Assembly (NCBI GenBank): GCA_964057225.1
Contig: OZ059896.1
Location: forward strand, 868,001 to 932,000
From: Auanema rhodensis
Lineage: Eukaryota > Animalia > Nematoda
DNA: 64,000 bases
Direction: 5' to 3'
Shown: positions 11,979-28,300 of the stretch, one piece after another
How the letters are laid out: each line of letters opens with the position of its first letter
Position numbering within the stretch: position 1 is the stretch's first letter
Notes under the pieces: generated by a model
What the model saw: the letters and a program-made list of their open reading frames with translations, nothing else
What the model was told of the DNA's origin: nothing
Database searches by the model: none
Translations under genes and position numbers: made by a program

Positions 11979-14900
11979 ACCAATATCAATAAAAATTTGT
12001 TTTTAGACTGATATGGACATGGGGAATCTAATTTTGAAAACCGCATCTCTTCATCTTTCACGTGAAGCGAGTTACATACCAAGTGCACATCACGTGTACA
12101 TTTAATTAGCATAAATTAAAGTTCACGTAAATTTCAAAGTCATGGTTACCATGAACCAATATCAATAAAAATTTGTTTTTAGACTAATATGGACATGGGG
12201 AATCTAATTTCGAAAACCGCATCTCTTTATCTTTCACGTGAAGCGAGTTACATACCAAGTGCACATCACGTGTACATTCAATTAGCATAAATTAAAGTTC
12301 ACGTAAATTTCAAAGTCATGGTTACCATGAACCAATATCAATAAAAATTTGTTTTTAGACTAATATGGACATGGGGAATCTAATTTCGAAAACCGCATCT
12401 CTTTATCTTTCACGTGAAGCGAGTTACATACCAAGTGCACATCACGTGTACATTTAATTAGCATAAATTAAAGTTCACGTAAATTTCAAAGTCATGGTTA
12501 CCATGAACCAATATCAATAAAAATTTGTTTTTAGACTAATATGGACATGGGGAATCTAATTTTGAAAACCGCATCTCTTTATCTTTCACGTGAAGCGAGT
12601 TACATACCAAGTGCACATCACGTGTACATTTAATTAGCATAAATTAAAGTTCACGTAAATTTCAAAGTCATGGTTACCATGCACCAATATCAATAAAAAT
12701 TTGTTTTTAGACTAATATGGACATGGGGAATCTAATTTTGAAAACCGCATCTCTTTATCTTTCACTTGAAGCGAGTTACATACCAAGTGCACATCACGTG
12801 TACATTTAATTAGCATAAATTAAAGTTCACGTAAATTTCAAAGTCATGGTTACCATGAACCAATATCAATAAAAATTTGTTTTTAGACTAATATGGACAT
12901 GGGGAATCTAATTTTGAAAACCGCATCTCTTTATCTTTCACGTGAAGCGAGTTACATACCAAGTGCACATCACGTGTACATTTAATTAGCATAAATTAAA
13001 GTTCACGTAAATTTCAAAGTCATGGTTACCATGAACCAATATCAATAAAAATTTGTTTTTAGACTAATATGGACATGGGGAATCTAATTTTAAAATCCGC
13101 ATCTCTTTATCTTTCACGTGAAGCGAGTTACATACCAAGTGCACATCACGTGTACATTTAATTAGCATAAATTAAAGTTCACGTAAATTTCAAAGTCATG
13201 GTTACCATGAACCAATATCAATAAAAATTTGTTTTTAGACTAATATGGACATGAAGAATCTAATTTTGAAAACCGCATCTCTTCATCTTTCACGTGAAGC
13301 GAGTTACATACCAAGTGCACATCACGTGTACATTTAATTAGCATAAATTGAAGTTCACGTAAATTTCAAAGTCATGGTTACCATGAACCAATATCAATAA
13401 AAATTTGTTTTTAGACTAATATGGACATGGGGAATCTAATTTTGAAAACCGCATCTCTTTATCTTTCACGTGAAGCGAGTTACATACCAAGTGCACATCA
13501 CGTGTACATTTAATTAGCATAAATTAAAGTTCACGTAAATTTCAAAGTCATGGTTACCATGCACCAATATCAATAAAAATTTGTTTTTAGACTAATATGG
13601 ACATGGGGAATCTAAATTCGAAAACCGCATCTCTTTCTCTTCCACGTGAAGCGAGTTACATACCAAGTGCACATCACGTGTACATTTAATTAGCATAAAT
13701 TAAAATTCACGTAAATTTCAAAGTCATGGTTACCATGAACCAATATCAATAAAAATTTGTTTTTAGACTAATATGGACATGGGAAATCTAATTTTGAAAA
13801 CCGCATCTCTTTATCTTTCACGTGAAGCGAGTTACATACCAAGTGCACATCACGTGTACATTTAATTAGCATAAATTAAAGTTCACGTAAATTTCAAAGT
13901 CATGGTTACCATGAACCAATATCAATAAAAATTTGTTTTTAGACTGATATGGACATGGGGAATCTAATTTTGAAAACCGCATCTCTTCATCTTTCACGTG
14001 AAGCGAGTTACATACCAAGTGCACATCACGTGTACATTTAATTAGCATAAATTAAAGTTCACGTAAATTTCAAAGTCATGGTTACCATGAACCAATATCA
14101 ATAAAAATTTGTTTTTAGACTAATATGGACATGGGGAATCTAATTTCGAAAACCGCATCTCTTTATCTTTCACGTGAAGCGAGTTACATACCAAGTGCAC
14201 ATCACGTGTACATTCAATTAGCATAAATTAAAGTTCACGTAAATTTCAAAGTCATGGTTACCATGAACCAATATCAATAAAAATTTGTTTTTAGACTAAT
14301 ATGGACATGGGGAATCTAATTTCGAAAACCGCATCTCTTTATCTTTCACGTGAAGCGAGTTACATACCAAGTGCACATCACGTGTACATTTAATTAGCAT
14401 AAATTAAAGTTCACGTAAATTTCAAAGTCATGGTTACCATGAACCAATATCAATAAAAATTTGTTTTTAGACTAATATGGACATGGGGAATCTAATTTTG
14501 AAAACCGCATCTCTTTATCTTTCACGTGAAGCGAGTTACATACCAAGTGCACATCACGTGTACATTTAATTAGCATAAATTAAAGTTCACGTAAATTTCA
14601 AAGTCATGGTTACCATGCACCAATATCAATAAAAATTTGTTTTTAGACTAATATGGACATGGGGAATCTAATTTTGAAAACCGCATCTCTTTATCTTTCA
14701 CTTGAAGCGAGTTACATACCAAGTGCACATCACGTGTACATTTAATTAGCATAAATTAAAGTTCACGTAAATTTCAAAGTCATGGTTACCATGAACCAAT
14801 ATCAATAAAAATTTGTTTTTAGACTAATATGGACATGGGGAATCTAATTTTGAAAACCGCATCTCTTTATCTTTCACGTGAAGCGAGTTACATACCAAGT

Positions 14901-15850
14901 GCACATCACGTGTACATTTAATTAGCATAAATTAAAGTTCACGTAAATTTCAAAGTCATGGTTACCATGAACCAATATCAATAAAAATTTGTTTTTAGAC
15001 TAATATGGACATGGGGAATCTAATTTTAAAAACCGCATCTCTTTATCTTTCACGTGAAGCGAGTTACATACCAAGTGCACATCACGTGTACATTTAATTA
15101 GCATAAATTAAAGTTCACGTAAATTTCAAAGTCATGGTTACCATGAACCAATATCAATAAAAATTTGTTTTTAGACTAATATGGACATGAAGAATCTAAT
15201 TTTGAAAACCGCATCTCTTCATCTTTCACGTGAAGCGAGTTACATACCAAGTGCACATCACGTGTACATTTAATTAGCATAAATTAAAGTTCACGTAAAT
15301 TTCAAAGTCATGGTTACCATGAACCAATATCAATAAAAATTTGTTTTTAGACTAATATGGACATGGGGAATCTAATTTTGAAAACCGCATCTCTTTATCT
15401 TTCACGTGAAGCGAGTTACATACCAAGTGCACATCACGTGTACATTTAATTAGCATAAATTAAAGTTCACGTAAATTTCAAAGTCATGGTTACCATGCAC
15501 CAATATCAATAAAAATTTGTTTTTAGACTAATATGGACATGGGGAATCTAATTTCGAAAACCGCATCTCTTTCTCTTTCACGTGAAGCGAGTTACATACC
15601 AAGTGCACATCACGTGTACATTTAAATAGCATAAATTAAAGTTCACGTAAATTTCAAAGTCATGGTTACCATGAACCAATATCAATAAAAATTTGTTTTT
15701 AGACTAATATGGACATGGGAAATCTAATTTTGAAAACCGCATCTCTTTATCTTTCACGTGAAGCGAGTTACATACCAAGTGCACATCACGTGTACATTTA
15801 ATTAGCATAAATTAAAGTTCACGTAAATTTCAAAGTCATGGTTACCATGA
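11979..15850 (+). repeat. Sub-domain B: two copies of an 11-monomer (1936 bp) unit
   Basis: Private variants recur exactly 1936 bp apart: CATTCAATT 12279/14215, CACTTGAA 12766/14702, CTTTCTCT 13637/15573. The ORF-track entries 11930/13866 show the same offset. Confidence 0.9.
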
Positions 15851-16379
15851 ACCAATATCAATAAAAATTTGTTTTTAGACTAATATGGACATGGGGAATC
15901 TAATTTCGGAAACCGCATCTCTTTATCTTTTACGTGAAGCGAGTTACATACCAAATGCACATCACGTGTACATTTAATTAGCATAAATTAAAGTTCACGT
16001 AAATTTCAAAGTCATGGTTACCATGAACCAATATCAATAAAAATTTGTTTTTAGACTAATATGGACATGGGGAATCTAATTTCGAAAACCGCATCTCTTT
16101 ATCTTTCACGTGAAGCGAGTTACATACCAAGTGCACATCACGTGTACATTTAATTAGCATAAATTAAAGTTCACGTAAATTTCAAAGTCATGGTTACCAT
16201 GAACCAATATCAATAAAAATTTGTTTTTAGACTAATATGGACATGGGGAATCTAATTTTGAAAACCGCATCTCTTTATCTTTCACGTGAAGCGAGTTACA
16301 TACCAAGTGCACATCACGTGTACATTTAATTAGCATAAATTAAAGTTCACGTAAATTTCAAAGTCATGGTTACCATGCA

Positions 16380-19300
16380 CCAATATCAATAAAAATTTGT
16401 TTTTAGACTAATATGGACATGGGGAATCTAATTTTGAAAACCGCATCTCTTTATCTTTCACGTGAAGCGAGTTACATACCAAGTGCACATCACGTGTACA
16501 TTTAATTAGCATAAATTAAAGTTCACGTGAATTTCAAAGTCATGGTTACCATGAACCAATATCAATGAAAATTTGTTTTTAGACTAATATGAACATGGGG
16601 AATCTAATTTTGAAAACCGCATCTCTTTATCTTTCATGTGAAGCGAGTTACATACCAAGTGCACATCACGTGTACATTTAATTAGCATAAATTAAAGTTC
16701 ACGTGAATTTCAAAGTCATGGTTACCATGCACCAATATCAATAAAAATTTGTTTTTAGACTAATATGGACATGGGGAATCTAATTTTAAAAACCGCATCT
16801 CTTTATCTTTCACGTGAAGCGAGTTACATACCAAGTGCACATCACGTGTACATTTAATTAGCATAAATTAAAGTTCACGTAAATTTCAAAGTCATGGTTA
16901 CCATGAACCAATATCAATAAAAATTTGTTTTTAGACTAATATGGACATGGGGAATCTAATTTTGAAAACCGCATCTCTTTATCTTTCACGTGAAGCGAGT
17001 TACATACCAAGTGCACATCACGTGTACATTTAATTAGCATAAATTAAAGTTCACGTAAATTTCAAAGTCATGGTTACCATGCACCAATATCAATAAAAAT
17101 TTGTTTTTAGACTAATATGGACATGGGGAATCTAATTTTGAAAACCGCATCTCTTTATCTTTCACGTGAAGCGAGTTACATACCAAGTGCACATCACGTG
17201 TACATTTAATTAGCATAAATTAAAGTTCACGTGAATTTCAAAGTCATGGTTACCATGAACCAATATCAATGAAAATTTGTTTTAAGACTAATATGAACAT
17301 GGGGAATCTAATTTTGAAAACCGCATCTCTTTATCTTTCATGTGAAGCGAGTTACATACCAAGTGCACATCACGTGTACATTTAATTAGCATAAATTAAA
17401 GTTCACGTAAATTTCAAAGTCATGGTTACCATGAACCAATATCAATAAAAATTTGTTTTTAGACTAGTATGGACATGGGGAATCTAATTTTAAAAACCGC
17501 ATCTCTTTATCTTTCACGTGAAGCGAGTTACATACCAAGTGCACATCACGTGTACATTTAATTAGCATAAATTAAAGTTCACGTAAATTTCAAAGTCATG
17601 GTTACCATGAACCAATATCAATAAAAATTTGTTTTTAGACTAATATGGACATGAAGAATCTAATTTTGAAAACCGCATCTTTCACGTGAAGCGAGTTACA
17701 TACCAAATGCACATCACGTGTACATTTAATTAGCATAAATTAAAGTTCACGTAAATTTCAAAGTCATGGTTACCATGAACCAATATCAATAAAAATTTGT
17801 TTTTAGAATAATATGGACATGGGAAATCTAATTTTGAAAACCGCATCTCTTTATCTTTCACGTGAAGCGAGTTACATACCAAGTGCACATCACGTGTACA
17901 TTTAATTAGCATAAATTAAAGTTCACGTAAATTTCAAAGTCATGGTTACCATGAACCAATATCAATAAAAATTTGTTTTTAGACTAATATGGACATGGGG
18001 AATCTAATTTTGAAAACCGCATCTCTTTATCTTTCACGTGAAGCGAGTTACATACCAAGTGCACATCACGTGTACATTTAATTAGCATAAATTAAAGTTC
18101 ACGTAAATTTCAAAGTCATGGTTACCATGCACCAATATCAATAAAAATTTGTTTTTAGACTAATATGGACATGGGGAATCTAATTTTGAAAACCGCATCT
18201 CTTTATCTTTCACGTGAAGCGAGTTACATACCAAGTGCACATCACGTGTACATTTAATTAGCATAAATTAAAGTTCACGTAAATTTCAAAGTCATGGTTA
18301 CCATGAACCAATATCAATAAAAATTTGTTTTTAGACTAATATGGACATGAAGAATCTAATTTTGAAAACCGCATCTTTCACGTGAAGCGAGTTACATACC
18401 AAATGCACATCACGTGTACATTTAATTAGCATAAATTAAAGTTCACGTAAATTTCAAAGTCATGGTTACCATGAACCAATATCAATAAAAATTTGTTTTT
18501 AGAATAATATGGACATGGGAAATCTAATTTTGAAAACCGCATCTCTTTATCTTTCACGTGAAGCGAGTTACATACCAAGTGCACATCACGTGTACATTTA
18601 ATTAGCATAAATTAAAGTTCACGTAAATTTCAAAGTCATGGTTACCATGAACCAATATCAATAAAAATTTGTTTTTAGACTAATATGGACATGGGGAATC
18701 TAATTTTGAAAACCGCATCTCTTTATCTTTCACGTGAAGCGAGTTACATACCAAGTGCACATCACGTGTACATTTAATTAGCATAAATTAAAGTTCACGT
18801 AAATTTCAAAGTCATGGTTACCATGCACCAATATCAATAAAAATTTGTTTTTAGACTAATATGGACATGGGGAATCTAATTTTGAAAACCGCATCTCTTT
18901 ATCTTTCACGTGAAGCGAGTTACATACCAAGTGCACATCACGTGTACATTTAATTAGCATAAATTAAAGTTCACGTAAATTTCAAAGTCATGGTTACCAT
19001 GAACCAATATCAATAAAAATTTGTTTTTAGACTAATATGGACATGAAGAATCTAATTTTGAAAACCGCATCTTTCACGTGAAGCGAGTTACATACCAAAT
19101 GCACATCACGTGTACATTTAATTAGCATAAATTAAAGTTCACGTAAATTTCAAAGTCATGGTTACCATGAACCAATATCAATAAAAATTTGTTTTTAGAA
19201 TAATATGGACATGGGAAATCTAATTTTGAAAACCGCATCTCTTTATCTTTCACGTGAAGCGAGTTACATACCAAGTGCACATCACGTGTACATTTAATTA

Positions 19301-22300
19301 GCATAAATTAAAGTTCACGTAAATTTCAAAGTCATGGTTACCATGAACCAATATCAATAAAAATTTGTTTTTAGACTAATATGGACATGGGGAATCTAAT
19401 TTTGAAAACCGCATCTCTTTATCTTTCACGTGAAGCGAGTTACATACCAAGTGCACATCACGTGTACATTTAATTAGCATAAATTAAAGTTCACGTAAAT
19501 TTCAAAGTCATGGTTACCATGCACCAATATCAATAAAAATTTGTTTTTAGACTAATATGGACATGGGGAATCTAATTTTGAAAACCGCATCTCTTTATCT
19601 TTCACGTGAAGCGAGTTACATACCAAGTGCACATCACGTGTACATTTAATTAGCATAAATTAAAGTTCACGTGAATTTCAAAGTCATGGTTACCATGAAC
19701 CAATATCAATGAAAATTTGTTTTTAGACTACTATGAACATGGGGAATCTAATTTTGAAAACCGCATCTCTTTATCTTTCATGTGAAGCGAGTTACATACC
19801 AAGTGCACATCACGTGTACATTTAATTAGCATAAATTAAAGTTCACGTAAATTTCAAAGTCATGGTTACCATGAACCAATATCAATAAAAATTTGTTTTT
19901 AGACTAATATGGACATGGGGAATCTAATTTTAAAAACCGCATCTCTTTATCTTTCACGTGAAGCGAGTTACATACCAAGTGCACATCACGTGTACATTTA
20001 ATTAGCATAAATTAAAGTTCACGTAAATTTCAAAGTCATGGTTACCATGAACCAATATCAATAAAAATTTGTTTTTAGACTAATATGGACATGAAGAATC
20101 TAATTTTGAAAACCGCATCTTTCACGTGAAGCGAGTTACATACCAAGTGCACATCACGTGTACATTTAATTAGCATAAATTAAAGTTCACGTAAATTTCA
20201 AAGTCATGGTTACCATGAACCAATATCAATAAAAATTTGTTTTTAGAATAATATGGACATGGGAAATCTAATTTTGAAAACCGCATCTCTTTATCTTTCA
20301 CGTGAAGCGAGTTACATACCAAGTGCACATCACGTGTACATTTAATTAGCATAAATTAAAGTTCACGTAAATTTCAAAGTCATGGTTACCATGAACCAAT
20401 ATCAATAAAAATTTGTTTTTAGACTAATATGGACATGGGGAATCTAATTTTGAAAACCGCATCTCTTTATCTTTCACGTGAAGCGAGTTACATACCAAGT
20501 GCACATCACGTGTACATTTAATTAGCATAAATTAAAGTTCACGTAAATTTCAAAGTCATGGTTACCATGCACCAATATCAATAAAAATTTGTTTTTAGAC
20601 TAATATGGACATGGGGAATCTAATTTTGAAAACCGCATCTCTTTATCTTTCACGTGAAGCGAGTTACATACCAAGTGCACATCACGTGTACATTTAATTA
20701 GCATAAATTAAAGTTCACGTGAATTTCAAAGTCATGGTTACCATGAACCAATATCAATGAAAATTTGTTTTTAGACTAATATGAACATGGGGAATCTAAT
20801 TTTGAAAACCGCATCTCTTTATCTTTCATGTGAAGCGAGTTACATACCAAGTGCACATCACGTGTACATTTAATTAGCATAAATTAAAGTTCACGTAAAT
20901 TTCAAAGTCATGGTTACCATGAACCAATATCAATAAAAATTTGTTTTTAGACTAATATGGACATGGGGAATCTAATTTTAAAAACCGCATCTCTTTATCT
21001 TTCACGTGAAGCGAGTTACATACCAAGTGCACATCACGTGTACATTTAATTAGCATAAATTAAAGTTCACGTAAATTTCAAAGTCATGGTTACCATGAAC
21101 CAATATCAATAAAAATTTGTTTTTAGACTAATATGGACATGAAGAATCTAATTTTGAAAACCGCATCTTTCACGTGAAGCGAGTTACATACCAAGTGCAC
21201 ATCACGTGTACATTTAATTAGCATAAATTAAAGTTCACGTAAATTTCAAAGTCATGGTTACCATGAACCAATATCAATAAAAATTTGTTTTTAGAATAAT
21301 ATGGACATGGGAAATCTAATTTTGAAAACCGCATCTCTTTATCTTTCACGTGAAGCGAGTTACATACCAAGTGCACATCACGTGTACATTTAATTAGCAT
21401 AAATTAAAGTTCACGTAAATTTCAAAGTCATGGTTACCATGAACCAATATCAATAAAAATTTGTTTTTAGACTAATATGGACATGGGGAATCTAATTTTG
21501 AAAACCGCATCTCTTTATCTTTCACGTGAAGCGAGTTACATACCAAGTGCACATCACGTGTACATTTAATTAGCATAAATTAAAGTTCACGTAAATTTCA
21601 AAGTCATGGTTACCATGCACCAATATCAATAAAAATTTGTTTTTAGACTAATATGGACATGGGGAATCTAATTTTAAAAACCGCATCTCTTCATCTTTCA
21701 CGTGAAGCGAGTTACATACCAAGTGCACATCAAGTGTACATTTAATTAGCATAAATTAAAGTTCACGTAAATTTCAAAGTCATGGTTACCATGAACCAAT
21801 ATCAATAAAAATTTGTTTTTAGACTAATATGGACATGGGGAATCTAATTTTGAAAACCGCATCTCTTTATCTTTCACGTGAAGCGAGTTACATACCAAGT
21901 GCACATCACGTGTACATTTAATTAGCATAAATTAAAGTTCACGTAAATTTCAAAGTCATGGTTACCATGCACCAATATCAATAAAAATTTGTTTTTAGAC
22001 TAATATGGACATGGGGAATCTAATTTTGAAAACCGCATCTCTTTATCTTTCACGTGAAGCGAGTTACATACCAAGTGCACATCACGTGTACATTTAATTA
22101 GCATAAATTAAAATTCACGTGAATTTCAAAGTCATGGTTACCATGCACCAATATCAATAAAAATTTGTTTTTAGACTAATATGGACATGGGGAATCTAAT
22201 TTTGAAAACCGCATCTCTTTATCTTTCACGTGAAGCGAGTTACATACCAAGTGCACATCACGTGTACATTTAATTAGCATAAATTAAAATTCACGTGAAT

Positions 22301-25300
22301 TTCAAAGTCATGGTTACCATGAACCAATATCAATGAAAATTTGTTTTTAGACTAATATGAACATGGGGAATCTAATTTTGAAAACCGCATCTCTTTATCT
22401 TTCATGTGAAGCGAGTTACATACCAAGTGCACATCACGTGTACATTTAATTAGCATAAATTAAAGTTCACTTAAATTTCAAAGTCATGGTTACCATGAAC
22501 CAATATCAATAAAAATTTGTTTTTAGACTAATATGGACATGGGGAATCTAATTTTAAAAACCGCATCTCTTTATCTTTCACGTGAAGCGAGTTACATACC
22601 AAGTGCACATCACGTGTACATTTAATTAGCATAAATTAAAGTTCACGTAAATTTCAAAGTCATGGTTACCATGAACCAATATCAATAAAAATTTGTTTTT
22701 AGACTAATATGGACATGAAGAATCTAATTTTGAAAACCGCATCTTTCACGTGAAGCGAGTTACATACCAAGTGCACATCACGTGTACATTTAATTAGCAT
22801 AAATTAAAGTTCACGTAAATTTCAAAGTCATGGTTACCATGAACCAATATCAATAAAAATTTGTTTTTAGAATAATATGGACATGGGAAATCTAATTTTG
22901 AAAACCGCATCTCTTTATCTTTCACGTGAAGCGAGTTACATACCAAGTGCACATCACGTGTACATTTAATTAGCATAAATTAAAGTTCACGTAAATTTCA
23001 AAGTCATGGTTACCATGAACCAATATCAATAAAAATTTGTTTTTAGACTAATATGGACATGGGGAATCTAATTTTGAAAACCGCATCTCTTTATCTTTCA
23101 CGTGAAGCGAGTTACATACCAAGTGCACATCACGTGTACATTTAATTAGCATAAATTAAAGTTCACGTAAATTTCAAAGTCATGGTTACCATGAACCAAT
23201 ATCAATAAAAATTTGTTTTTAGACTAATATGGACATGGGGAATCTAATTTCGAAAACCGCATCTCTTTATCTTTCACGTGAAGCGAGTTACATACCAAGT
23301 GCACATCACGTGTACATTTAATTAGCATAAATTAAAGTTCACGTAAATTTCAAAGTCATGGTTACCATGAACCAATATCAATAAAAATTTGTTTTTAAAC
23401 TAATATGGACATGGGGAATCTAATTTCGAAAACCGCATCTCTTTATCTTTCACGTGAAGCGAGTTACATACCAAGTGCACATCACGTGTACATTTAATTA
23501 GCATAAATTAAAGTTCACGTAAATTTCAAAGTCATGGTTACCATGAACCAATATCAATAAAAATTTGTTTTTAGACTAATATGGACATGGGGAATCTAAT
23601 TTCGAAAACCGCATCTCTTTATCTTTCACGTGAAGCGAGTTACATACCAAGTGCACATCACGTGTACATTTAATTAGCATAAATTAAAGTTCACGTAAAT
23701 TTCAAAGTCATGGTTACCATGAACCAATATCAATAAAAATTTGTTTTTAGACTAATATGGACATGGGGAATCTAATTTTGAAAACCGCATCTCTTTATCT
23801 TTCACGTGAAGCGAGTTACATACCAAGTGCACATCACGTGTACATTTAATTAGCATAAATTAAAGTTCACGTAAATTTCAAAGTCATGGTTACCATGAAC
23901 CAATATCAATAAAAATTTGTTTTTAGACTAATATGGACATGGGGAATCTAATTTCGAAAGCCGCATCTCTTTATCTTTCACGTGAAGCGAGTTACATACC
24001 AAGTGCACATCACGTGTACATTTAATTAGCATAAATTAAAGTTCACGTAAATTTCAAAGTCATGGTTACCATGAACCAATATCAATAAAAATTTGTTTTT
24101 AAACTAATATGGACATGGGAAATCTAATTTCGAAAACCGCATCTCTTTATCTTTCACGTGAAGCGAGTTACATACCAAGTGCACATCACGTGTACATTTA
24201 ATTAGCATAAATTAAAGTTCACGTAAATTTCAAAGTCATGGTTACCATGAACCAATATCAATAAAAATTTGTTTTTAAACTAATATGGACATGGGGAATC
24301 TAATTTCGAAAACCGCATCTCTTTATCTTTCACGTGAAGCGAGTTACATACCAAGTGCACATCACGTGTACATTTAATTAGCATAAATTAAAGTTCACGT
24401 AAATTTCAAAGTCATGGTTACCATGAACCAATATCAATAAAAATTTGTTTTTAGACTAATATGGACATGGGGAATCTAATTTCGAAAACCGCATCTCTTT
24501 ATCTTTCACGTGAAGCGAGTTACATACCAAGTGCACATCACGTGTACATTTAATTAGCATAAATTAAAGTTCACGTAAATTTCAATGTCATGGTTACCAT
24601 GAACCAATATCAATAAAAATTTGTTTTTAGACTAATATGGACATGGGGAATCTAATTTTAAAAACCGCATCTCTTTATCTTTCACGTGAAGCGAGTTACA
24701 TACCAAGTGCACATCACGTGTACATTTAATTAGCATAAATTAAAGTTCACGTAAATTTCAAAGTCATGGTTACCATGAACCAATATCAATAAAAATTTGT
24801 TTTTAGACTAATATGGACATGAAGAATCTAATTTTGAAAACCGCATCTTTCACGTGAAGCGAGTTACATACCAAGTGCACATCACGTGTACATTTAATTA
24901 GCATAAATTAAAGTTCACGTAAATTTCAAAGTCATGGTTACCATGAACCAATATCAATAAAAATTTGTTTTTAGAATAATATGGACATGGGAAATCTAAT
25001 TTTGAAAACCGCATCTCTTTATCTTTCACGTGAAGCGAGTTACATACCAAGTGCACATCACGTGTACATTTAATTAGCATAAATTAAAGTTCACGTAAAT
25101 TTCAAAGTCATGGTTACCATGAACCAATATCAATAAAAATTTGTTTTTAGACTAATATGGACATGGGGAATCTAATTTTGAAAACCGCATCTCTTTATCT
25201 TTCACGTGAAGCGAGTTACATACCAAGTGCACATCACGTGTACATTTAATTAGCATAAATTAAAGTTCACGTAAATTTCAAAGTCATGGTTACCATGCAC

Positions 25301-28300
25301 CAATATCAATAAAAATTTGTTTTTAGACTAATATGGACATGGGGAATCTAATTTTAAAAACCGCATCTCTTTATCTTTCACGTGAAGCGAGTTACATACC
25401 AAGTGCACATCACGTGTACATTTAATTAGCATAAATTAAAGTTCACGTAAATTTCAAAGTCATGGTTACCATGAACCAATATCAATAAAAATTTGTTTTT
25501 AGACTAATATGGACATGGGGAATCTAATTTTGAAAACTGCATCTCTTTATCTTTCACGTGAAGCGAGTTACATACCAAGTGCACATCACGTGTACATTTA
25601 ATTAGCATAAATTAGAGTTCACGTAAATTTCAAAGTCATGGTTACCATGCACCAATATCAATAAAAATTTGTTTTTAGACTAATATGGACATGGGGAATC
25701 TAATTTTGAAAACCGCATCTCTTTATCTTTCACGTGAAGCGAGTTACATACCAAGTGCACATCACGTGTACATTTAATTAGCATAAATTAAAGTTCACGT
25801 GAATTTCAAAGTCATGGTTACCATGCACCAATATCAATAAAAATTTGTTTTTAGACTAATATGGAGATGGGGAATCTAATTTTGAAAACCGCATCTCTTT
25901 ATCTTTCACGTGAAGCGAGTTACATACCAAGTGCACATCACGTGTACATTTAATTAGCATAAATTAAAGTTCACGTGAATTTCAAAGTCATGGTTACCAT
26001 GAACCAATATCAATGAAAATTTGTTTTTAGACTAATATGAACATGGGGAATCTAATTTTGAAAACCGCATCTCTTTATCTTTCATGTGAAGCGAGTTACA
26101 TACCAAGTGCACATCACGTGTACATTTAATTAGCATAAATTAAAGTTCACGTAAATTTCAAAGTCATGGTTACCATGAACCAATATCAATAAAAATTTGT
26201 TTTTAGACTAATATGGACATGGGGAATCTAATTTTAAAAACCGCATCTCTTTATCTTTCACGTGAAGCGAGTTACATACCAAGTGCACATCACGTGTACA
26301 TTTAATTAGCATAAATTAAAGTTCACGTAAATTTCAAAGTCATGGTTACCATGAACCAATATCAATAAAAATTTGTTTTTAGACTAATATGGACATGGGG
26401 AATCTAATTTTGAAAACCGCATCTCTTTATCTTTCACGTGAAGCGAGTTACATACCAAGTGCACATCACGTGTACATTTAATTAGCATAAATTAAAGTTC
26501 ACGTAAATTTCAAAGTCATGGTTACCATGAACCAATATCAATAAAAATTTGTTTTTAGACTAATATGGACATGGGGAATCTAATTTTGAAAACCGCATCT
26601 CTTTATCTTTCACGTGAAGCGAGTTACATACCAAGTGCACATCACGTGTACATTTAATTAGCATAAATTAAAGTTCACGTAAATTTCAAAGTCATGGTTA
26701 CCATGAACCAATATCAATAAAAATTTGTTTTTAGACTAATATGGACATGGGGAATCTAATTTTAAAAACCGCATCTCTTTATCTTTCACGTGAAGCGAGT
26801 TACATACCAAGTGCACATCACGTGTACATTTAATTAGCATAAATTAAAGTTCACGTAAATTTCAAAGTCATGGTTACCATGCACCAATATCAATAAAAAT
26901 TTGTTTTTAGACTAATATGGACATGGGGAATCTAATTTTGAAAACCGCATCTCTTTATCTTTCACGTGAAGCGAGTTACATACCAAGTGCACATCACGTG
27001 TACATTTAATTAGCATAAATTAAAGTTCACGTAAATTTCAAAGTCATGGTTACCATGAACCAATATCAATAAAAATTTGTTTTTAGACTAATATGGACAT
27101 GGGGAATCTAATTTCGAAAACCGCATCTCTTTATCTTTCACGTGAAGCGAGTTACATACCAAGTGCACATCACGTGTACATTTAATTAGCATAAATTAAA
27201 GTTCACGTAAATTTCAAAGTCATGGTTACCATGAACCAATATCAATAAAAATTTGTTTTTAAACTAATATGGACATGGGGAATCTAATTTCGAAAACCGC
27301 ATCTCTTTATCTTTCACGTGAAGCGAGTTACATACCAAGTGCACATCACGTGTACATTTAATTAGCATAAATTAAAGTTCACGTAAATTTCAAAGTCATG
27401 GTTACCATGAACCAATATCAATAAAAATTTGTTTTTAGACTAATATGGACATGGGGAATCTAATTTCGAAAACCGCATCTCTTTATCTTTCACGTGAAGC
27501 GAGTTACATACCAAGTGCACATCACGTGTACATTTAATTAGCATAAATTAAAGTTCACGTAAATTTCAATGTCATGGTTACCATGAACCAATATCAATAA
27601 AAATTTGTTTTTAGACTAATATGGACATGGGGAATCTAATTTTAAAAACCGCATCTCTTTATCTTTCACGTGAAGCGAGTTACATACCAAGTGCACATCA
27701 CGTGTACATTTAATTAGCATAAATTAAAGTTCACGTAAATTTCAAAGTCATGGTTACCATGAACCAATATCAATAAAAATTTGTTTTTAGACTAATATGG
27801 ACATGAAGAATCTAATTTTGAAAACCGCATCTTTCACGTGAAGCGAGTTACATACCAAGTGCACATCACGTGTACATTTAATTAGCATAAATTAAAGTTC
27901 ACGTAAATTTCAAAGTCATGGTTACCATGAACCAATATCAATAAAAATTTGTTTTTAGAATAATATGGACATGGGAAATCTAATTTTGAAAACCGCATCT
28001 CTTTATCTTTCACGTGAAGCGAGTTACATACCAAGTGCACATCACGTGTACATTTAATTAGCATAAATTAAAGTTCACGTAAATTTCAAAGTCATGGTTA
28101 CCATGAACCAATATCAATAAAAATTTGTTTTTAGACTAATATGGACATGGGGAATCTAATTTCGAAAACCGCATCTCTTTATCTTTCACGTGAAGCGAGT
28201 TACATACCAAGTGCACATCACGTGTACATTTAATTAGCATAAATTAAAGTTCACGTAAATTTCAAAGTCATGGTTACCATGAACCAATATCAATAAAAAT

